From NCBI GenBank assembly GCA_965219955.1, contig OZ244799.1:3040001-3104000 (forward strand): DNA of 64,000 bases. Reading direction: 5' to 3'. Positions 38,304 through 45,893 of this stretch are shown piece by piece. Below the pieces are notes generated by a model. That model was given only the letters and a program-made list of their open reading frames with translations, was not told the DNA's origin and ran no database searches. The stretch's first letter is position 1, and each line of letters begins with the position of its first letter. This stretch comes from a bacterium (GTDB lineage Bacteria; UBA8248). The position numbers and the translations under genes were made by a program.

Positions 38304-38695
38304 CGTCCGGGCCTCTCCATCCCTTAGAGTTCATCCGACCAACGATCGAGGACTTTCGAATTCCAGCTAAATGTATAGAAGACTCACGCGGCGCGCAACT
38401 CATTTCTCACTCCGCCTCGCGCCCGGACGAACCCGCGCGGCGGCCTGCAACCCCCTGAAACCATGGCTTGAGCGGCGCCCGTGCCCGGCACGAAACCGCT
38501 CGGCCGCCGGATTCGCCCATACCGGCTTCTCTTCCCGCAGGCATCCGGACCTCCCGAGCCCGTGAGGCGATTCCGCGCCGAATGTGGATAAAGCGGCGAA
38601 AATTTCATCCGCCGCCCGGTTGTCCCGGCCCTCGCATTCGCGTATCTTGGTGTACGAAGCGCCGCCATGCGCGAACCACCAGAGGAATCCCCGCT

Positions 38696-39283
38696 TTGAC
38701 CCGCAAACCCAAGAGTAAAAAGAAAGGCGCAAGAGCCGCCGGCAGAAGCGCTCCGCGCCCGGCGAGAACTGCAGGCTCGAAGAACAAAAGCACCGCCCTG
38801 TTCGTCTGGGCGCTCGCCGTCGCCGCGGTCGTCTTCGGCGTCTATTACCTGACGGCCGCATCCGCGCACAAGGCGCGCGACGTGCCTTCCCTCGGCAACC
38901 GCCACATCCGCGTCGGCACGAGCGGCGCAGTTTCCTACAACACGAATCCCCCCACCTCGGGGCCCCACTATCCGACCATCGTCTCCTGGGGCGTGCACTG
39001 GAAGCCGATCGACAAGGGCTTTCAGGTGCATAACCTCGAAGACGGCGGCGTGCTGGTGCAGTATGGCTGCACCGATTGCCCCGAACTCGTGAAAAAGCTC
39101 GAAAACCTGGTGCGCGGCTACCCGAAGTACGTCATCCTCGCCCCGTATCCCTCCATGAAGCACAGAATCGCGCTCACCGCCTGGGGCAAGATAGACACGC
39201 TGGAAGCCTTCGACGAGAAGCGCATCACCGCCTTCATCGACGCCTTTCGCGGCCTCGACCATCACCCGCGAGGGAGGAGATAG
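38696..39283 (+). CDS. DUF3105-like membrane-anchored protein
   Basis: YNTNPPTSGPHY, VHNLEDGGV.VQY, CxxC, IALTAWG; basic N-terminus plus one TM; TTG start inferred. Confidence 0.75.
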   Translation: MTRKPKSKKKGARAAGRSAPRPARTAGSKNKSTALFVWALAVAAVVFGVYYLTAASAHKARDVPSLGNRHIRVGTSGAVSYNTNPPTSGPHYPTIVSWGVHWKPIDKGFQVHNLEDGGVLVQYGCTDCPELVKKLENLVRGYPKYVILAPYPSMKHRIALTAWGKIDTLEAFDEKRITAFIDAFRGLDHHPRGRR

Positions 39284-39349
39284 GGTTTCCGGAGGGAACG
39301 ACACTCTTCGGTTGACGACTTCTTTTCGCCGATCGATTCGGAGCAATGC

Positions 39350-40030
39350 GGGGGTGTGGAAAAAGCCTTCTCGGTTGGAATTGACGATGCATTTCGTGCG
39401 CGCCTGGATTCGGGCGTCGTTACAGAGACGGCTGATGCGGTTCACCACGAAGCCGTCATTCCGGCGAAAGCCGGAATCCATTTTGACTTTTCACATGGCT
39501 GGGCGGCCACAAACTTGTTGTTGCGCGGCGTTCAGATGCGGAATCCAGAGGATTCGCCTTTCGTTTTTGTTTTCGATTCTGATCCTCCCCAAAGGGAGGC
39601 GAAAAGGCAAAGGCAAAATGGATTCCGGCTTTCGCCGGAATGACGGCCAAAACCCCAAGCCGAGAAATCGCTTCCTCCTCGCCGACTCTCCCTCGACTCG
39701 AAACCCACCCCCCCTACCCCCCTTGTCAGGGGGGCAAGAAAAAGCAAAACCCCTCAGCCCGGCGAGAGCGCATCGCCTTTTTATACCCCCCTGACTAGGG
39801 ATTGTTGAAAAAGCCTGTTTCGGGATCGGCGGCAAGGAGGTTCACGCGGCGCAGACGTGATGGTTTTGTAGGGACAGGCCTCCGTGCCTGTCCTGCTCTT
39901 CGTGGTTGTCCTTCGTCAGGACAGGCACGGAGGCCTGTCCCTACGGCGAACAATCTCAAAGGTCGGACAGGATTTTTGGGAAGCCCCGCATGGCCGATCT
40001 CTCGGGCGGCCACGGGGGGCCGCCCCTACG
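39350..40030. repeat. Large composite repeat patch
   Basis: Perfect 34-bp inverted pair at 39452-39485 and 39614-39647; CCCCTTGTCAGGGGG hairpin; 39798-39870 matches 28582-28655; REP doublet GTAGGGACAGGC...GCCTGTCCCTAC at ~39868-39944. Confidence 0.8.
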
Positions 40031-40110
40031 GCCTCCTTTCGAGGGGACGCGCAGGCGATTCGGAGGCGGCCGCCTCGCAAGACGCGTTGGGGATGACTCC
40101 CGCGCGCGCC

Positions 40111-41883
40111 TCAACCCCCTCCGCCGCGCACCGCTCCCGAAACTTCCACGCGAACCGTCACGATGTCCGTGTCGTGGTATTGCTGGTGGCGAACCGAAGA
40201 CGCGAGGTGGCGCAGCAGTCTGAGCGAGACTTCGCGCTCAATCGGCGCGCCGGCGGTCTGCTCGCCGAGCAGCGCGATTTTATCCTGGAGGTTCTCCTCG
40301 CCGCCCGCGGCGACGAACTCCATCACCGCGCCGCCGTCTTCCTTGTGCGCCACCACGAGGAGGCGCCTCCGCTCGCGGCTCTCGTCGGCTTCATCCGGGC
40401 GCAGGAGCGTCAGCAGCGTCTCCTCGCCCGCGGCGTCCAGGCGATGCGCCATCGCCTCATCCCATCCGCTGGCCGAGGCGAACTCGCCGAGAAACTCCCT
40501 GATCTTCGGCAAAGCGGAGATGTCGAACGCCGCCTCCATCCGGCTGCGGCGCGGTTCGGTGAATTCGACGAACAGGGTCATGATCATGGCGACGAGGCCG
40601 CCGGCCGTCATTCCGTTGTTCAGCAGGCCGCCCGCGAAGGTGGAGAAGTATTCGGGATAGATGACGCCGTTCTGGAAGCCCACGCCCGCCCAGAAGGCGA
40701 TGCCCGCCACCAGGCCCTTTCGGTAGTCGATGCCGTCCTGAATGACCATCCGCATGCCGACAATGAAGAGCATCGCCAGCAATACGGTCATGTAGGCCGC
40801 GGCGACCGGACCCGGTATCGCCAGCACCACGGCGACGAACTTGGGCAGAAACGCCAGGGAGAGGAACACCAGCCCGGCGGCGACTCCGACGCTGCGCGCG
40901 CCGACGCCGGTGAGTTCGGTGACGGAAACGCTCGTCGAATAGGTCGTGTTCGGCACCGTCGCCAAAAGGCCGGAGAGCAGGTTGCCCACCCCGTCGGCGG
41001 CCACGGCGCCCTGCACCGCCTTGAAATCCACCGCCCGGGGCCGCCGCCAGGATACGCGCTGGATGGCGGCGCCGTCGCCCACGGTCTCGATGGCGCCGAT
41101 CAGGGTCACGAAAATGAATCCCGGCAGAAGCGTCCAGAACACCGGCCCGAAGCTCAAGTCCAGGCCGGGCCACGCGCCCTGGGGAAGGCCGACCCAGGCG
41201 GCCTCCGCGACGCGGGCCGTGTCGTAGATGCCGAACCACCCGCCGACGATCGATCCGGCGACCACGCCGATCACCGGCGCCCAGAGGCGCAGCGCCCCCG
41301 CCGCCTTCAGCGCGATGCCGAGGATGACGGCTACGGTCGCCAGCGCGCTCAGCGGAGCGGCGAGCGGCGGGCTGCCCTTCGGCACGTCATCGAGCATGCC
41401 GAAGATGATGGGCATCACCGTCACCGCTATCAGCATGATGACGGTTCCCGCCACGGTCGGCGTCAGCACCCGCCGGAACAGGGAGAGCCGCTCGGAAAGC
41501 ACGAACTGAAACAGCGAGGAGGCGAGAACCAGCGTGGCGAGCATCCCCGGCCCTCCCTTGGCGAGCGCCGCGATGCAGACGGCGATGAAGGCGCCCGAGG
41601 TGCCCATGATGAGCACGTAGCCCGCGCCGAAGCGGCCGATCCGGCGAGCCTGGAGCATCGTGGTCGCGCCGCAGATCGCCAACGCGGCGAACACCGCCCA
41701 CGAGAGATAGTCCGCGGTTCCGCCGGCGGCGCGCACCACGATCGCGGGCGCGAACACGATGCCGCCCGCACACAGGGCGGCGAGCTGCAAGCCCAGGCCG
41801 AACGCGAGCAGGGGCGGCGGCTTCTCGTCGGCTTCGTAGCGTACGTCGGTGTTCGTGTGCTGGTCGGAATTCTCGGCGTTCAA
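40111..41883 (-). CDS. NCS2/NAT (xanthine-uracil permease family) transporter fused to a degenerate RsbW-like C-terminal domain
   Basis: Multi-TM permease (ETVGD, ADGVGN, LTGV.AR, IPGPV); last ~142 aa (40111-40539) align by eye with the RsbW at 36233; TTG start with RBS GGAAGGA. Confidence 0.8.
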   Translation of the reverse strand: MNAENSDQHTNTDVRYEADEKPPPLLAFGLGLQLAALCAGGIVFAPAIVVRAAGGTADYLSWAVFAALAICGATTMLQARRIGRFGAGYVLIMGTSGAFIAVCIAALAKGGPGMLATLVLASSLFQFVLSERLSLFRRVLTPTVAGTVIMLIAVTVMPIIFGMLDDVPKGSPPLAAPLSALATVAVILGIALKAAGALRLWAPVIGVVAGSIVGGWFGIYDTARVAEAAWVGLPQGAWPGLDLSFGPVFWTLLPGFIFVTLIGAIETVGDGAAIQRVSWRRPRAVDFKAVQGAVAADGVGNLLSGLLATVPNTTYSTSVSVTELTGVGARSVGVAAGLVFLSLAFLPKFVAVVLAIPGPVAAAYMTVLLAMLFIVGMRMVIQDGIDYRKGLVAGIAFWAGVGFQNGVIYPEYFSTFAGGLLNNGMTAGGLVAMIMTLFVEFTEPRRSRMEAAFDISALPKIREFLGEFASASGWDEAMAHRLDAAGEETLLTLLRPDEADESRERRRLLVVAHKEDGGAVMEFVAAGGEENLQDKIALLGEQTAGAPIEREVSLRLLRHLASSVRHQQYHDTDIVTVRVEVSGAVRGGGG

Positions 41884-42107
41884 TATCGCATCCTTCCCGG
41901 CTGGAAAACGGGTCTGTGGTGGGGCGGAAACCTGCGTCCGGTGCCCTCGCAACGGAGCGGTAAGTTTCTCACACCTCTTCCGGCCCCTCAAGAAAAAAGC
42001 CCGGCGCAAACCGTGGACGGGCGAAAATCGGCGATAGGGTGAGATGCCGGGGAGTTTCGGAAGAGGATCACTTTTTGTATTTTTTCCGGCGAAAAGTTGC
42101 ATTTTTG

Positions 42108-42135
42108 TTGACGAAGCGGCTTCGGTACATATATT
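42108..42135 (+). promoter_or_regulatory. Possible sigma70 promoter for the NHLP precursor
   Basis: TTGACG-16 nt-TATATT, with palindrome CGAAGC-G-GCTTCG in the spacer. Confidence 0.4.
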
Positions 42136-42284
42136 TTGGGAAGTTGTTTCTTTTGCCTGAACGGAAAATCGGCAACGCAGCCACGCTCACCCCGACGCCG
42201 GGGCATGGAGCCACGGCCAGGGAAAGAACGGAACACTGCCTGCTTCCGGGCGGGCCCGGCTCATCACCTGGAGAACTCGAAGCA

Positions 42285-42572
42285 GTGAAAACCGTAGAGG
42301 AAATACGCGAAGATATTATCAGAAAAGCAAGCGAGAACGAGGCATTCCGCGCCGAATTGCTGGCCGACCCCAAGGACGCCATCGAAAAGGAACTGGGGGT
42401 CACCATTCCCGAGGGGTTCAAGATCGGCGTTCACGAAGACAACATCATGAGCATCAACCTGGTGTTGCCTCCGGCCGAGTTGAGCGAGGCGGACCTGAGC
42501 GCCGTCGTGGCCGGCTCGCAGTCGTGGCAAGACTTCGCCAACGCCTGGAACAGCTTGAACCAGAACTCCTGA
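42285..42572 (+). CDS. NHLP-leader (proteusin-type) RiPP precursor, 95 aa
   Basis: Leader IIRKA.ENEAFRAELLADPK.AIE.ELG..IP...VHE......LVLP..ELSEADL.AVVAG; predicted core SQSWQDFANAWNSLNQNS from 42516. Confidence 0.88.
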   Translation: MKTVEEIREDIIRKASENEAFRAELLADPKDAIEKELGVTIPEGFKIGVHEDNIMSINLVLPPAELSEADLSAVVAGSQSWQDFANAWNSLNQNS

Positions 42573-42769
42573 TGCGGTATACTGAAAAAGTTCCATAATC
42601 TACTTGACAGGTTTGCCGAAACGCCCCGGGGAGAGGGTTGGTTAAGGATGCCGTATTGTGGGTTCGATCGGCTCTGTGGCCCGCTTCGCTGAAGAGAGGC
42701 CGGGGAGCCGGACCCGGTCATCACCGCCTTCCCCCCCAATGTCTGTATCCCGTTCAGGAACAGGGTTCG

Positions 42770-43867
42770 ATGATGTCTGAGAATTTCCGGGACGTCTTTC
42801 CAAGGTTGCGCCGCTTCGTTCCACCGGCCCTGCTCGATGGCCCGTGGTGGGAGCGCCTGGTGGATCGCGTCGGGGAGCTCCCGAGCTGGCTGACCCTGAA
42901 TTACGCGGCCTTCGAGTTCCGGCTGGGAGACGCTGCGCCCGCCGCCGACTATTTCGTATCGGTTACGCCTGATCGCCCGTCCATGGAGTATTACGTTCGC
43001 CTGGGCGAGGATGCAAAGCCCGACTCCCCGGAGGCGGCCCTCGGCCGGGTCTACTCCCTCATGAACGGGGCGGGTCCCCCTTCCGAACCCTCTCTCGCCG
43101 GCTGGTTCAGGGCGTCGATGCTCGAGTACGACATCGCGGAGGTCCCCTCGAACCTGAACCCGGCTCCGGGCGTGTTCCTGGCGCTCAAGCCTCAATCCGA
43201 ACTGAATGAAGAGGTCGCGGGCTCAAGAACGCCCCGCCGCCTGGCCGCCACCATCGCGAGCGCCGCGGGGTGGGAGGAAGACGAGGAGGAGCGCCTCGCC
43301 GTGGAGCGGACCTTCGCCGCCCTGCCCCGCACCGGCGTGGTGGACCAGATCGGCGCCGTGCCCGAGCGCGGGCCGCGATCCATCCGCCTGATCGTGGACG
43401 GGTTGAAACTGCGCAACGTGCCCGCGTTCCTGAAGCGGCTGAAATGGGACGGCTCCACCCGGAAAGTGATGGACACGCTGGAGGAGATGCGCGACATGAC
43501 GCCCGTCTTCCGGCTGGCGCTGGACGTCGCGGCGAACGGCGTGGGGCCGCGCCTGGGTCTGGAGATGTACAGGCCGAGGAAACCCTCGAACCTCGACTAC
43601 TGGCTGACGTCGGGGCGCAACGCCTGGCGTCCCGTCGTGGACTACCTCGAGCAGATGGAATGGTGCCTGCCGGAGAAAGGAGACGGCCTCCGCGCCTTCC
43701 CGGGAATCGAGCGGCTCTTCGAGGAAAAGGGCATGTCCATCCTCTACAAGGGAATCAACCACTTCAAGCTGTCCATCGAGGGCGACGCCGTGGAAGCCAA
43801 GGCCTACGCCGCCCTCGCCTACTTCCGTCTCTACGCCGATTCCGAGGGGGAGGCGGGGGCTCTTTAA
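42770..43867 (+). CDS. Uncharacterised protein, putative RiPP maturase (possibly ABBA-type prenyltransferase fold)
   Basis: 365 aa, host-like codon usage; motifs FEFRLG..ADY, LEYD, PRLGLE, INHFKL..EAKAY; directly follows the precursor; fold is inference. Confidence 0.5.
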   Translation: MMSENFRDVFPRLRRFVPPALLDGPWWERLVDRVGELPSWLTLNYAAFEFRLGDAAPAADYFVSVTPDRPSMEYYVRLGEDAKPDSPEAALGRVYSLMNGAGPPSEPSLAGWFRASMLEYDIAEVPSNLNPAPGVFLALKPQSELNEEVAGSRTPRRLAATIASAAGWEEDEEERLAVERTFAALPRTGVVDQIGAVPERGPRSIRLIVDGLKLRNVPAFLKRLKWDGSTRKVMDTLEEMRDMTPVFRLALDVAANGVGPRLGLEMYRPRKPSNLDYWLTSGRNAWRPVVDYLEQMEWCLPEKGDGLRAFPGIERLFEEKGMSILYKGINHFKLSIEGDAVEAKAYAALAYFRLYADSEGEAGAL

Positions 43868-44081
43868 GCTGAACCGGACAGAAAAAGAAACCGACCGAAA
43901 TCGACAAGACCTGGCACGGGTGCTAACGTAGCGCGAATTTTTTGAAATATCACGAGGTTTGAGGACCCAACACCCGTGGATTATCTGCGCCCTGTTTTTG
44001 CGTCTCTGTACGCCCTTTTTCAACCCGTTGTTTCTCCTACGAGCGATCCCGAACGACTCACGCAAGTTTTTTGCGGGCTAA

Positions 44082-45696
44082 CAGCCTGTCGGGCTTTGGC
44101 CTGCCAAGGAGTTCGAAGCACCAATCGTGGGAGTGATTTTCGGGGTTCTTCTCGGTAATCGATTCTTGTTGGCCGGCGATTCGGTGTCAGGAGCCATGAT
44201 CGGCCCTCACAGGCCCGGTGGGAGTCATAGCGGCCGGCAACAGGCCACGGGACGAGGGCGTTTATCCTCCGATCACGCCGACTTCAGGTTGTGCAGACGC
44301 TTGCAGTTATAAGCCAGCATCACCAGGACCCACTCGCCCTGCACCTTCTCGAGACCGCGCAAGAGGAACTGCCGGAAGCCCATCGCCTGCTTGACGATGC
44401 CGAACACCGGCTCCACCGTCTGCCGCCGCAGGCGATAACGGGCGCGCTCTTCCGGCTTCGCCATCTTCGCGCGCATCGCCGCAATCCACTCCGCTCGAAC
44501 TTCCGGACCTGGCCGGGAAGCCACCGGTGGCCGGAAGTCGTGCCGACGGCGCCCCCCTTCGGCTTGCGTGGCCACCAGAACCTCGACGCCCCGTCTCTCG
44601 AGTTCTTCCACTTCGCTGCCCGTCGCGTAGCCGCTGTCCGCCAACACACGCGCCGGCGCGGCAACCGAAGGCGGAATCGCCTCCACGTCCGCCACCAGTT
44701 CCCCGCGGTCGCTCGCGTTGTTGCTCACACGCGCTCCCAGCACCAACTGGCTGCCTTCGGCATCCACCACCGCCTGCGCGTTGTACGCCTGGCGATACTC
44801 GTGACGCTTGCTCTTGCGCATCAAGGCGCTGTCCCCATCCGTCAGGTTGATCTGCCGCCCCTCTTCGGGCTTCTCCCGAGGGGGCTTGATGCGCGGACCC
44901 TTCCTCCGACCTGAACGGCGCTCCCGAGACGCCGCCTTGCGTTCATATTCCGCCCGACCCGCCTCGGCCGACCTCTTCGCGCGGCGCTCCAGTTCCGCGC
45001 ACGCCGCATCCAGCTTCGACTTCAACTCCTCGCGACGCGCCAACTCCTCCGGCAGCGCCTGCGGATCCCCTACCTCCTGCGCATCTTCGCTCTCCGCACG
45101 CTCCAGCAACTCCTCGACCTCTCCGCGCAATTGAGAGCCCAACGCCTGCGCACGGTCATACCGGACGTTGTTGTGCTTGCTCGCGTTCGCGTCCACCTTC
45201 GTCCCGTCCACGCTCACCGTCCCGACCCGCAACAACTTCAACTCCTTCGCCAGCAGCAAAACCTGCTCGAACGTCTCCGCTATCGCCTCGAAGTTATCGC
45301 GACGGAACGCGCAGATCGTGTCGTGGTCCGGGTGTGTGTTCGACGCCACGTATCGAACCCCGATATCCCGGTACGTCGCGCGCTCGATCCGGCGCGAACC
45401 GAATATCCCGTTCGCGTAGCAGTAAATCAGCAGCGCCAGCATCATCCGGGGATGGTACTGCGCTGAACCCGTGCCGCGCTCGTTCACGCGGAATGACCCC
45501 AGAGGCACCCGTTCCACCGCCTCCACTACGAAGTGCGCCAGATCGTCCTCCGGCAACCACTCCCGCATGTCCACAGGAAGAAGATACAACTGCGACTGAT
45601 TACAATCTACAAACTTCGCCACCCCAATCCCCTCCCTTAAAAATACCTCGCGAGAACGACATATTATAAAAGGTAGGGCCTAAGTCCGACAGGCTG
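44082..45696 (-). mobile_element. IS1182-family insertion sequence, complete
   Basis: Terminal IRs CAGCCTGTCGGGCTTTGGCC / CAGCCTGTCGGACTTAGGCC (18/20); 4-bp direct repeat CTAA at 44078-44081 and 45697-45700. Confidence 0.9.
44273..45622 (-). CDS. IS1182-family DDE transposase
   Basis: YHPRMML, SRRIE, PDHDTI, VDGTK, NLTD.DS, ADSGY, YRLR..TVEPVFG..K. Confidence 0.93.
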   Translation of the reverse strand: MAKFVDCNQSQLYLLPVDMREWLPEDDLAHFVVEAVERVPLGSFRVNERGTGSAQYHPRMMLALLIYCYANGIFGSRRIERATYRDIGVRYVASNTHPDHDTICAFRRDNFEAIAETFEQVLLLAKELKLLRVGTVSVDGTKVDANASKHNNVRYDRAQALGSQLRGEVEELLERAESEDAQEVGDPQALPEELARREELKSKLDAACAELERRAKRSAEAGRAEYERKAASRERRSGRRKGPRIKPPREKPEEGRQINLTDGDSALMRKSKRHEYRQAYNAQAVVDAEGSQLVLGARVSNNASDRGELVADVEAIPPSVAAPARVLADSGYATGSEVEELERRGVEVLVATQAEGGRRRHDFRPPVASRPGPEVRAEWIAAMRAKMAKPEERARYRLRRQTVEPVFGIVKQAMGFRQFLLRGLEKVQGEWVLVMLAYNCKRLHNLKSA

Positions 45697-45893
45697 CTAA
45701 TATTCTCAAGTTTTGTAATCTGCCTCGTCTTCTACTTCTGGAAAAGAAACTTTCCCAGATTTTCACAATCCACAACTCCTGCTCTCGGAAACCTCGGAAC
45801 ATTCATCGGGATCGCTCTCGGCCTGAAAACGGCGTTTCTGACTTCTGGCGCAGGCATAACCAATCCCTTGACGCCGGGAAAGAACCCCGGCCC

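Noticed and set aside
39312-40096. ORFs over repeat patches (also 25806-26318 and 1941-2324)
   Set aside because: Translations derive from palindromic repeats or intergenic sequence (e.g. IPAKAGI, PPLSGG); no coding signal
41884-42284. Purine or c-di-GMP riboswitch upstream of the permease or the precursor
   Set aside because: Could not identify the conserved core motifs by eye; an Rfam/Infernal scan would settle it
42604-42640. Separate promoter for the putative maturase (TTGACA at 42604)
   Set aside because: No -10 element at 16-18 nt spacing
42570-42692. Sec read-through of the NHLP precursor TGA, which would give ...NS-U-CGILKK...
   Set aside because: Tempting because of selC and the following Cys, but no SECIS-like hairpin follows the TGA and the extension is AT-rich and intergenic-looking
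43912-43930. Sigma54-like promoter TGGCACG
   Set aside because: No TTGC at the required -12 spacing
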